Source: Macrostomum lignano
Lineage: Eukaryota
Reading direction: 5' to 3'
NCBI GenBank assembly: GCA_002269645.1
Contig: NIVC01003024.1
Span: 1-64,000 of the forward strand
DNA length: 64,000 bases
The position numbers were made by a program, and so were the translations under genes. Under the pieces are notes generated by a model. It worked only from the letters and a program-made list of their open reading frames with translations. It had not been told where the DNA came from and did no database searches. Shown here in pieces: positions 36,380 to 47,068 of this stretch (position 1 is its first letter; each line of letters starts with the position of its first letter).

Positions 36380-37384
36380 ATGCCTCCGGCCAGGCTGTGG
36401 CTACTGGCAGTCACTGCTGTGAACCTGGTGACTCTGGCCAGGTGCGAGGCTCAAACCAGCGGTCAGGTTTTTCGGCAAGCCGATGTGCTCTGCGCCCCGG
36501 GCGATTCGCCGTCCGCCATCGCTCGCCTCACCGTCTACTCGGAGACTCACTGAGCCATCATCGCCTCGGAGGAGGCCAACACTGGTGTTCTGGTGGCGCA
36601 GTTCAACAAGGCCACTCTCACCTGCTGCGTCTTCAAGTACCAGTCCATCTGTCAAAATTTTGTGTCCGGAGAACCAACCGACTGTGTGGTGTTCTTTAGG
36701 TTTCCCATCGACCTGGTGCAGCTGAACCCGAAGCTCAAAAATGTTTGGCTGGGCGACCCCGCGACTCGATTGGAGAACCTGGTGTGCCAGGCGTTCGAGG
36801 ACTCCAACAGGCTGATGCCATTCAACATTGAGTGGTCCAGCGAGGGCGCCGTTTTCGACGGTCTTTCGTCCCACGCCGTGCTGAACAGATCCAGCCTGAA
36901 CTTCTCCGCCGGTGCCACCTGGCTGATAAGATTCAAGCGCCTGCCCCAGACTCAGCCAATTCTGGAGTTCTTTCCCTGCAACGACTCGAGTATGGTTTCC
37001 TGGAAAGGCATCCACATGGTCGAGTGGGATGCGCCCAGGAAGATGTATGTCCGCGCCAACCGGATCACGGGCAGCCCGCAGCCCTACTTGTACTCGGCCA
37101 TCGACCAGCTGTCCGGCGACCCGAACGAGTGGCTGAATCTTGGCTTCACCACAGTCGGTGGCTCCTACAAGTTCTTTGTGATGAACGCCTTCCTGCCGCC
37201 CAACATGATTTGGCCGTTCGATGACAACGACTTTTGCTCCGTGCAGAACGGCAACCTCTGCCTGTACCTGCGTGTTAACCAACCGACTGACCAGTTCTTC
37301 AAGGGCACCGTGAGGGTGGTGGCCTTCGCCAGTGGGAGCCTCACGGAGCAGGAGATTCGCGAATTCTTCGACCTTGTTCAGTGA
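36380..37384 (+). CDS. Secreted protein: signal peptide, PAN/apple-like module and LamG/ConA-like (pentraxin-fold) domain, with one in-frame TGA at 36551-36553
   Basis: ATG 36380 (MPPARLWLLAVTAVNLVTLARCEA) is in frame with ORF 36593-37384 across a single TGA (YSETH*AIIA). LamG-like hallmarks AVFDGLSSHAVL, EWLNLGFTTVGGSYKFFV and FFKGTVRVVAFASGSLTEQEIREFF. Could be a pseudogene, an assembly error or recoding. Confidence 0.7.
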
Positions 37385-38398
37385 TCGACAGCGATAATAA
37401 AATGATGGCTGGGCTTCAACAAAATCCTATATACTAAATTATTACATGTATACTAATTAATATACATGTAAGGCCGGTTGTCCAATGCGAAATTAAATTT
37501 AGACTAAATTTAGAAATTTGGTAATGAGTCGAGTGACATCATCTGAAAACAGATCGGACGATGTCAACTTGGGGGTCCTTCATGCGCTCTCAGGGCCATA
37601 GGGCCTACTTCTCGAAGAAGAGCAGCAGCAACAAGATCCGGCCACTGCATGCGTCCGATCGGGATTACCCGGAGCTTCTCTTAGTCACCGCTTTCTCGTC
37701 GGATCTTCTGGAATATCCGGCACAACCTTCTTGCTGATGCCTAAAGTTTCAACACTTTGCCACTATAAGATCTTGGTCAGGCTCAGAACTTTAATAGTGC
37801 CCCTCGTAGACACGAGAGACTTTCTGACTCGTCAGAAATCTATTCCAGAAATATTACATGTACTACACATGTAGACACGAAGGGGTGTTCGGGTTCCCCG
37901 AAAGGTGTTCAGGATCGGGGTCAACCCCGAACCACAAAAAATGGATAAAATTTGCATGGTGGGCCAGTCGGTAATAAAGCCTAGGGATATAATATAGGCT
38001 GATAAAATTTATATTAAATAAATGAATACATGTAAATTAAAAAATTTTTTCCATCGAGGTTTACCGTAAGCCAGCAATGCTTTTCTTATAATATATGTTT
38101 ACGAGTGAAGCTTAAAGATCGATTTTTTCAGAACTCAGTCGCAAAACATCAAGAGTCTTTTTTAATTACATGTATCTCAGAGAGCAAATTTAGGATCAGG
38201 TAACTTTCTGTTTGCTGAGAAAAAACCGGTTCCAGTACTGCTACGATAGAGCTGTTTTGATCCGTTACTGGTAAAAAAAAACTTATTAACAAGCTTACAG
38301 TACGTTAGTGTTTTCTCTTTCAAAGGTTTTAATAATTAGTAAACTGCAGATTTCTTCAAATCCGTATCATTGCGCGACTTCACTGGCTTCTCGACAGC

Positions 38399-39153
38399 TC
38401 AAACAAACGGCGACACGCACTCGCACAGGACTCGATATCTGTCCACCGATTCCCAGAAGTCGGACAGCTTGTTCCAATGGACAAATCGGCCGATCACATT
38501 TTCGCCTTGTAGTCCACTGTCGTTCGGCTCCACCTCGTTCCACAGGCTGTCGTCAAGGGTGATGTTGCAGCTGGCCCAGTACCAGCCGCCTCGCTTCTCA
38601 GTGCTGCCAGCCGACTGGTGGCCTCCAAGCCACATCGTGGATCCAGCGCTGTACTTGCTGTAGATCATCTCCACGTGGCTCATCTCGGTGGCGTCCATCA
38701 CGTCGGTCATGATCACCAAACCGCTCTCCGACTCGCACTTCTGCCTGCTCGGCCACCAGAAGTCCGCTTCATTGAGCAGCTTGTACTTCACCCCGCACAG
38801 GTCGTCTCCGTAGCCAGACGGACACAGCGCTCCCGGATCGAGTCTCGGCCTCTGCTTGACAAACACCCGGCCTCTCCTGGAGCAGCCGCAGCTCCTCACC
38901 GACTTGCTGCACTTGTCGAACACGAACAGCTGGCATGGACCGTCAGCCAGGCTGAACGCCTGACAGCGCGGGCTAAAATGGCATCGAATGGCGCAAGCTG
39001 TCACGGAGCCGGCCTCCGGAGCAGTTTCAATGAACTCACTCCTGATGCACAGGTAGCCTTCGATAAGGCTGAAGTAGTCGGAGGCGTTGCTCAGCGGTGG
39101 CAGAGCAGCGCGAGTAGCAGGACCAGCAGACTTAGCGGGACTCCCAGAGACAT
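38399..39153 (-). CDS. Secreted PAN/apple-like plus C-type lectin domain protein, with a 1-nt frameshift near 39096
   Basis: Signal peptide MSLGVPLSLLVLLLALLCH starts at ATG 39153. Adding one C at about 39096 joins it to PLSNASDYF...SVTACAIRCHFSPRCQAFS (PAN-like) and a CTLD (CPSGY, WWPSRQKCES, MWLGG, GWYW, WNEVEPND, YRVLCE). The repaired length is 756 nt, an exact codon multiple. Confidence 0.8.
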
Positions 39154-39221
39154 GTCTGTCTCAAGGCGAACACGAGCATGTCAGACCGCGTGCTTCTGTC
39201 GCCGGCTCTTTTACTCCTTGC

Positions 39222-39228
39222 TATTTAT
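39222..39228 (-). promoter_or_regulatory. Possible TATA-like box (ATAAATA) upstream of the lectin gene
   Basis: About 70 nt upstream of ATG 39153 in otherwise GC-rich context; position only. Confidence 0.25.
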
Positions 39229-40466
39229 CGGCAACTCGATGTATCGAGAAATATCTACGCGTTACTAGGCAACCGTTAAGATCAAACAGCTAAAAACATT
39301 TTTTTTGCAATTAATTTTCAATTCAATCAACGCACTGAGAAGGGACCCTTCAGTGCTTTTATTGTTCAGGTAGCTACCTGATTTATCAAAGCCCCTCTCT
39401 TCGAAGAGGAATTGTGAGCCATTTTTACAAATCAAATGTGCTCGTTAGATGATATTTGAGATTTTGGAGCTAGCTTAACACATTTAGTATACAGCATCAG
39501 GCAAAAGCCTACCAAAAAGGACTTTTATTCTACGTATGTACATGTCCTGTGCCTAAAAACCATTAAAATGGCAACGGCTCAACTCAAATTGGTTTTATAT
39601 ATGTGTCTATTTTGTCATTCTTAGATGGCTGTATAACAACATGTGTAGCGGAGATGATAAAATTGATTCATAAAACCAAAGATTCAAGCTGTGCCATGCA
39701 TTTTAATGATTTTTAGGTACTGGAAGTTTACGCAGAACAAAAATTAACATAGAATTATAATTTTCTAAACGAAAAGATTTAATAAATATCCTTAAATTAA
39801 GCCGGTTGACTTGAGATTTTTCAGCCCAATAAAAAAGCGACAATAGCTAAAATTTAGTCGAGAATTTCACGAAATTTTCTGCTTTAAATTGCAATAAAAG
39901 CCAGATAGATAGATTTTAGCTCTATGATGGGATTAAGATAATTTTTTTTAAAATTTGCTTTGCAAGCTTTCAAATCATAATTGCTTTTGCTTGTCTAAAA
40001 TCTAAATGGAAAGTGGAGAAGAGTAGTTTTATTGAACACCGTGATGCTGCTCAGCTACAGAGGATTTATCTAATCCATTACTGATCCTTTTAATTGGCTC
40101 TTCGGTGCCATCTGTCGATCACGCGCTGCGAGAGCGCCTGTAGGAGAAGTGGGATGCATGGCGGCAGTTTAAAATCGAGTTCATTTGTCTGATCACCTAC
40201 AGTCATTGGGAAGGTATATGGGAATTAAGTTAATGCATTCGCTGCTCACGTTGATAGATAATACCTGAATCGGGTTTTAGCATGAGTAGGGGATTAAAGT
40301 TTCTTTGATTTTATGGTATACTCGTAAATGCAAAACTCATGTAACTACTGAAATTGGGAGCAAAACCTGCTGTGGGGGAGGGCTATCTTGAATAAAATGG
40401 GGCGCCAATGCTGTACTTACACTCGCTCACACAGGGTGTACAGCGGCCCTGACTTTCTAATTGTCT

Positions 40467-40792
40467 GGCATGTGCACCCTGGCATGTACACCCTGGCATG
40501 TACACCCTGGCATGTACACTCTGGCATGTACACCCTGGCATGTACACCCTGGCATGTACACCCTGGCATGTACACTCTGGCATGTACACCCTGGCATGTA
40601 CACCCTGGCATGTACACCCTGGCATGTACACTCTGGCATGTACACCCTGGCATGTACACCCTGGCATGTACACCCTGGCATGTACACTCTGGCATGTACA
40701 CCCTGGCATGTACACCCTGGCATGTACACTCTGGAATGTACACTCTGGTATGTACACCCTGGCATGTACACCCTGGCATGTACACTCTGGCC
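40467..40792. repeat. 14-bp minisatellite (tggcatgtacaccc), about 23 copies
   Basis: Direct tandem copies. Confidence 0.95.
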
Positions 40793-42304
40793 TGAGGCAT
40801 TAATCGACGAGCTTAAGATCATCACCTGCTAGCTATCTGCGAAGACTGTGACAGCATCATCCCGAGTCTACGGCTACAGAGCATCAAGCCGATTCGGTCA
40901 CTGTGGATTACCTGGTCTCCGGCTGTTGAGTTTCTGATTGGTTGGGTGAGAGGCTACCTAGACTTGCTTGATTGGGTGATTCCTTATCTGTCCCCTGTTT
41001 CAGTAGCTGAATTAGGCGCACACTTTTGCTCATTTTGTCCAGTAGTGCTGTTACTGAGGCAGAAATCATTCAATAATACTGCTAGTAGTCTGAAACTCTA
41101 GTAGTGTGAAGTGATTTAAGGAGAAGGTTAAATCTGACAGTTATTTTTATCGGTTTTTATTTCGTTGTTCGCCGATGGCTCAGATGAGTAGCTAAGCTAG
41201 TAGGCGCCGGTCGCAGTGGACCAATGGCAAGGCGATTCTCAATCTATCAATCTATCAAATAGTTAGCGAAATTGCCAATAGTGCAAAATCGGCGCTAGGG
41301 ATGTACTTTGTGCACTCTAGGTTCGCCAAGCGGCTCGGGTAAATGAATCATGCGGTCTCTGAAGTTCGAGTTAGTCTATCATCAGCGCTATGAGAGGCTA
41401 GTTGGCGCGTTGAAGGCCAAAAGTACAATTCCTCGTATTTAGCAATGTAATAGTACATGTAGCCACTGCAAGAATCCCCTGCACAAGTCCCCTCTGTACC
41501 TGCATGGCCAATGCGATCTAGTCCCAGCAGTGTCCCTTATCATCGGCTATGACTTCGAGATTGACAGCAAAAAGACACTAGTTGGCAGGTAAGTGCTAAG
41601 CCCCCTCTAGTCGGAAGCCCGATTTCGAAAGTTCCGGTTTGGTGAGCCAGGACGCACGGGCTGGTGGCAGCGGGTTAGTTAATCTGCGGATTAGCTGATC
41701 TCTACCTTCAAAATTCTCCCTGGTTGTCTCTCGCTGTCCCTCTCTTAGCTATAGGACCTAGACTGCTCGCCACACGATCAAGCTACCATGGGGCTGACCA
41801 TCTGACAGGAGTGGGGGGCCAGGACTCTAATTGATTTATTTCTGAGGCCTGAGGCCCGAAGGCTTCTCCACAAGGGGGCCCGAAGGCTTCTCCACAAGGG
41901 GGCCCGAAGGTCGAAACCCATCATTGTGTAATGTATTTAAAATAAGAACATTTTGATATTTCCTGGATCACCCACTTTATCAAAAAGTTTCCGATCCCGG
42001 GATCCCGTCAGGCCAAAAAGTGTCCGCGGGGGGGATCCCGGGATTGCAATCCCTAGTTTATTTGTCTCACCTTACTGTAGAAAAACTAACGATTGAATTA
42101 CTGATGATTTTGAATTGAATAGAAAAAGGGAAAGGACCAGCCTGCCTGAGAGTCAGCCGTCCATGCAGCGTCTATTATTTATAAAACTAACGCAGGCGGG
42201 TTGAGTCGAGAATAATGAAGATAGGGGTGGAATAGATCTTTAACAGGTGCATCTGGGTTTGCAGGACCTGAACAAGACGGCTCTGAGGCACCAACCTTCG
42301 GGGA

Positions 42305-42525
42305 GGCAACCAGTGACATGGCAACCAGTGACATGGCAACCAGTGACATGGCAACCAGTGACATGGCAGCCAGTGACATGGCAACCAGTGACATGGCAAC
42401 CAGTGACATGGCAACCAGTGACATGGCAACCAGTGACATGGCAACCAGTGACATGGCAACCAGTGACATGGCAACCAGTGACATGGCAACCAGTGACATG
42501 GCAACCAATGACATGGCAACCAGCG
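42305..42525. repeat. 15-bp minisatellite (ggcaaccagtgacat), about 14 copies
   Basis: Direct tandem copies, stop-free in several frames. Confidence 0.95.
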
Positions 42526-42562
42526 ACGCGACATCTTCAACAAACTCGAAAATTGCGTCAAG

Positions 42563-42823
42563 GGTGACATAGTGACAACGATGAACTTTGCAATAGGTTG
42601 CGTGCACTGAATTGTTGACTCACTAGCAAGATCGACCGATTTTTATTGACCGACTTAGTGATTTGAATGGTATTATACTGACCCCACCCCATGCGCGCTT
42701 GTATCTGTCTGCACCCTCCACCTCATTGCTAACAAATAAATATTGTCAGCCTAGCTCTCAAGTGAGCACTTTTCTCACTCCTGCAATTCCACACTACTGC
42801 CTCAGTTATTAAAGATATCAACA
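42563..42823 (+). mobile_element. Diverged LTR related to the LTRs of the intact Gypsy element at 51910-56394
   Basis: Shares collinear blocks gtgacatagtgaca, gatgaactttgc, gttgactcactagca, ccccatgcgcgc, cagcctagctctcaag and cactcctgcaattccacact with the 253-bp LTR, with many substitutions and indels. Confidence 0.85.
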
Positions 42824-42825
42824 GA

Positions 42826-43105
42826 GGGGATCCATGACAACATCATCATCCACAGCCAGGACCCAGAGGCTCACCAAAAGCATGTGACTCAGCCTGCCTG
42901 ATTGGACTGCGCCAACACGGTATCACCCTGAACGCCGAAATGCGCCACTACATGGGGCATGGGGCAATGCCAAGTTCATGGCGATGACGTTGTCCAAATA
43001 CGGGATCCAGCTATCAAAGGAGAAAATCGCAGAGCTGCAAGCAGTCAAGGACTCACAGTCTGTCAAGGAGGTCCAATCAATTCTCGGCCTGGCCAACCAC
43101 TCGAT
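42826..43105 (+). pseudogene. Decayed Ty3/Gypsy reverse transcriptase fragment
   Basis: Frameshifted translation IHDNIIIHSQDPEAHQKH (decayed YxDD), GLRQHGITLNAE and AKFMAMTLSKYGIQLSKEKIAELQAVKDSQSVKEVQSILGLANH. Confidence 0.75.
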
Positions 43106-43441
43106 AAGTTTTTAACTACTGTATTAGCAGTATAAAGGAAAGTACAAATAGCTGAAACAATATAAAAAAGCTGACCATTAACTTTTTGAATTATCTTAGT
43201 AAAGCACGCTCAATATACTGGTATACACCTCGCACATTTTTAGCTGGAGCTTTAGTATACTGAATTTAGTATACTGGACTAGCAATCTTCGCCCCCCGTT
43301 GGGGACGCAACAAAGAAAGTAATACATTTTTAATAAACTACATGTCCGGTAGGTTTTGACATTTATCAGATCGAGCTAACATGCGGGGCAACTAGTGATG
43401 AATTTACTTAAGTTCTAATAATCCTAATAATTGCTAAATAA

Positions 43442-43835
43442 TTAATATCGCTTTGTAAATCAAGTTAAGATTAGATAAGGAATTCAATTTAGGGAAGAAC
43501 TTTCGTATTGTGCATGGCTGTGCTAAAAATCTTGGCCATGGAAAAAATTCAACGCGTTAGAGAAGTCAAATTAATAATTAAGGATATCGATAAAGGACTT
43601 CTTGCCATAGAAGATGGCTCAAGCTGGAAACGTTAGAGGTTCCTACCAGAAGGTGGTGCCAGAAGTTCGTGCACAACTGATTGAGGCATGCAATCGTGGA
43701 GAAGACATGCTTCGCTGCATCGCAGACGAACCCCTTGATTGAAGTCCACTAAGTTAAATTTCGAAGTTAAATACGAAAGTTCTACCGTAAATTGAACTTC
43801 TTAAATCCTAACTTGATTTACAAAAGAGATATTGA
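43442..43835. mobile_element. About 400-bp internally deleted DNA transposon/MITE with imperfect 65-70 bp inverted repeats
   Basis: 43442-43509 is an imperfect reverse complement of 43770-43835 (e.g. ttgtaaatcaagtta/taacttgatttacaa and gaactttcgtatt/aatacgaaagttc). Internal 42-aa ORF at 43614-43742 resembles a Tc1/IS630 HTH N-terminus (low confidence). Confidence 0.65.
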
Positions 43836-44462
43836 TACATCAAATGAAATTAAATGAGCTACAGAAAGTAAAGAGCTTAATTTATTGATATACAGCTAAG
43901 AAAATAGTGTAACAATTTGTCTAAATTCTCCACTGAATGCAAAAAAAAATAAAATTGATGCGTCATGATACGCTATATGACACAAAAATAAAACCTTTCT
44001 GTCTGTAACATGACCAAAATCAACTTTCAATCATTCAAGCGAATTCCGTTTATGTACTTTGGTGCTGACAAGGACAGCAAAGCGAATCAATGTAATAATA
44101 TACGCTCGTAATAACATTCGCCTAACTATTGTGCATTGGCCTTAATATTAAACTTGTTTATTTAATATTGAATGATTATTGAACTGCTATAACAGACACC
44201 ATTACCATTATCGATTGAAAGATTAAAACAAATTAAATCGATTTCAATCAATATATTAAAATCCATATAATTCCTAAATCGCGTATGGCGCGAGACAGAA
44301 AAAAAATAACCAAACACCATTAACTTGTTCAATATGCTTATTCTAACTGAATGAGATGTAATGATATAGTTCCACTGAAAATGTAATAAAACATGCATTA
44401 CATTTTCCGAGAACCTGCATGCAGCTGTCCACGCAATAATGCAAGTATTTAATAGTTCTAAA

Positions 44463-44696
44463 TCAGCCGAATCGAAACAGGAAGGTAGAGTGACGACCCT
44501 TAGTAAAAAACCATTTGCGATCCATCGGAAGTTCCGCAGTCTCCTCGTCCAGATCGGCGAATTCCTCTGCCAATTTTTCCGCTGTCGGCTGCTGCAGGTC
44601 TCCATCGTTTCCTGGTTTCTCTGATGGCTGAGCTGACACCTGAGATACCAGCAGGCACAAACACAGCAGCACCAGGATAGTTAACACTCTGCTCAT
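44463..44696 (-). CDS. RFamide neuropeptide precursor (77 aa; predicted HSTFLFRFamide or WFFTKGRHSTFLFRFamide)
   Basis: Signal peptide MSRVLTILVLLCLCLLVSQVSA, acidic pro-region (EKLAEEFADLDEETAELP), dibasic RK site and terminal FLFRF-G-stop (amidation glycine). AATAAA on the minus strand at 44162-44157. Confidence 0.85.
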   Translation of the reverse strand: MSRVLTILVLLCLCLLVSQVSAQPSEKPGNDGDLQQPTAEKLAEEFADLDEETAELPMDRKWFFTKGRHSTFLFRFG

Positions 44697-45665
44697 GATT
44701 ATGATTATGAGTCGATTAAAGATTTTCTTTGTAGCTAGATCGAGGTACATGTGTTTCTAGCAGAAATTTAAAGTGATTTTTGTTTAAACAAACTGACCCG
44801 TTTTATGCGTTGCAGCACGTGGCTGCAGCTCTAGACGATGGCATGACTCATGATGACACTTGGCAAACAGTCAAGCTTTCGTTTCCTTTCATCATTTTCG
44901 AATTCATCAACTTAAGACGCTTTTTAAACAGTTTGTCAGAGCAAACAGTCGTTTAGTAGGTTCAGACAGAGCACTGGAGGCATGGAAGCGACTCCTCCGC
45001 CCCAAGATGGGGCCAGGCTGTTTCAAAACAGTACATGTACAACCGCTTTTGACAAATTTGAAAAAAATTGAGTCAGTTGAAAGCGCTAACTTCTTTAAAC
45101 AAAAGAAGTTTGATGTGTTCGTGAGTTTGTCTTTGACGGGCCGAACATATTCGTATAGACGTACTGTATATTTTATTTCGGTTCACTTGGCACTGTGTGA
45201 AACTCACACGTGTGACCTCTTGTGATGGCGATAGACTCCGGTCGCAACGCAACGCTTGTGTCCTAAATCCCTCTCGCCCCCGGTCCTGCAGTCAAAGACT
45301 GCTGGACCAATCCAAGGAGTTCTATAATTAGCAATCTGGAAGTGGAAACGAGTTTTACCTAAGAAGGCCACTCAAGTTGTTAAGATTAGGAGCCAGCACT
45401 GAATGTCTGTGACGATCTGTCTGACTCAACTCTTTAACCAATTAATTCTTGGTTAAAAATCCAAGAATCTGTCAGGCGGGAGAAGAACAGAGCTAACTAA
45501 GCTCTTTCAGCTAACAAATACACACAAACATTGAAATCAGCCAGCCCCCCACATTTCTAACTCAATAAAACCACTAAAACCGAGTTCCATTCCCTTCTTT
45601 CTATGGTAAATGTATATCGCAGAAGTCACTGGTAAAAGTGAAAAACTCGTTTCCACTCCAGATTG

Positions 45666-46107
45666 CTAATTAACATTTCCTGACAAAACATTTTCTCGAT
45701 CCAACGCTGGGTCAAGGACTCCAATTGTTTCGTCGCTCAGATCGACGCAGTGACGGAGGGCGTCGCAATCGTACCAGGCGTTGAGCTGTCCGCACATTGT
45801 CTCGCTAGTACACGTGTCTCGCTTATTGCCACAAAGCGGTACATCGCGTAAAGCGATTGGTTGAAAGTTTTTTTCGGATGTTCCGTCCAAGCAAAAGCTT
45901 TCCTGACGAGTCCCGATCCTCATTCTGTGTTGTGGGGTAGCTGGATATCGTTTTCTGTATTCCAACTTTGAAGCTCTTGCTATCTGCCTCGGACGTCTGC
46001 ACAGAATTCTTAGGCGTTCGGTTGAAGACCTCCACCGTGCCATTCCGTCTCGGTCTGTTGAGTTAGAATTGGTAGAATTGGTTAAAGCCAAACATTCTTC
46101 CATCCCC
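45666..46107 (-). other. Orphan exon-like ORF with an LDL-receptor class A-like cysteine motif
   Basis: Acceptor ttttgtctccag at about 46108. Translation includes DTCTSETMCGQLNAWYDCDALRHCVDLSDE and N-glycosylation sequons. No upstream exon identified. Confidence 0.4.
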
Positions 46108-46949
46108 CTGGAGACAAAACAGCTCCCATTGTAAGAATGGCTATAGGGTGTTAGGGGTTCCGAAACGATCCAATGTTTCGGTTATCCACTTTTGAGCACA
46201 CTAAAACGGACCCCAGTAATGTCAACTGCCAACTTTGACCAAGTTGATCGACCCTGCCTTGGCGCTGTCTTGGCACAGAATACAGAACTTTCCATGATTT
46301 GTAACCGCTTTGTCTGTACCAGGCCACCAGTAGACTGGTTACTTGATCGCAGGAGCAAAATTACAAATCAGTAATTAAGATCCAATAAGGAATAACAACA
46401 GTTTCTTAGTCACTTTTTAAATACACTATCATTTTTTTAACTTTCCAGCCGCATAAAAATTGAAGTGCTCATTTTCCAATACAACTCGTGTATTACAAAT
46501 AATTAATTTAGCATATTAAAACGAGGTTAAATTTGACCGAATCAGTTTTGCTTGGTGCTGGCCCGCTAGGGCCCCATCTTTTGGGGGATGTCACTTCCAT
46601 GTCTCTAGTGTTCCCTGGTTCAGGTATTTGCGCCACGCTCAACCTTTTGTGAAGGATAAATAAAGTTTTGGGTTTTTTGAAGCCGAAAGAAATAATCGCA
46701 TTCCCGTAGTTTCCAAGAAACTCTGTCAGGTCTCAAGAGTATACGGTCAACGTGGAGATGCGTAAAGGGGAGCGTGAAAATTGCTCCTTGACCACTTTCC
46801 CTCGTGGATTACTCCCACTCATGGGAATTTTCCACCACTTGAGTATCTTCTAAAGACGGTTGTCAGCAGGCTTCATCACTCACTGCAGCCAGCTTCCAGT
46901 AGCAGTAACCGCTAGGGCCTCTGCTATAGTCTGCACCTCTGTAGCTGGG

Positions 46950-47068
46950 CGCCCCCACTGTAGCTGGGCGCCCCCTCTGTAGCTGGCGCCTCCCTCTGTA
47001 GCTGGCGCCTCCCTCTGTAGCTGGCGCCCCCCTCTGTAGCTGGCGCCCCCCTCTGTAGCTGGCGCCCC
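46950..47068. repeat. 19-21 bp repeat (ctctgtagctggcgccccc), about 6 copies
   Basis: Direct tandem copies. Confidence 0.85.

Noticed and set aside
36401-37282. 293-aa minus-strand ORF
   Set aside because: Antisense shadow of the GC3-rich LamG gene; no recognisable motifs.
37524-37566. Hairpin as a canonical SECIS element
   Set aside because: ATGA-to-loop distance and the 3-prime GA quartet do not fit, and it lies beyond the first AATAAA; kept only as a test within the TGA finding.
37560-37800. Possible Tc1/mariner HTH remnant on the minus strand (LGISKKVV...)
   Set aside because: Needs several frameshifts and no termini were found.
41990-42060. gggattgcaatccctagt motif resembling a hAT terminal repeat
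   Set aside because: No matching opposite end or TSD found in the window.
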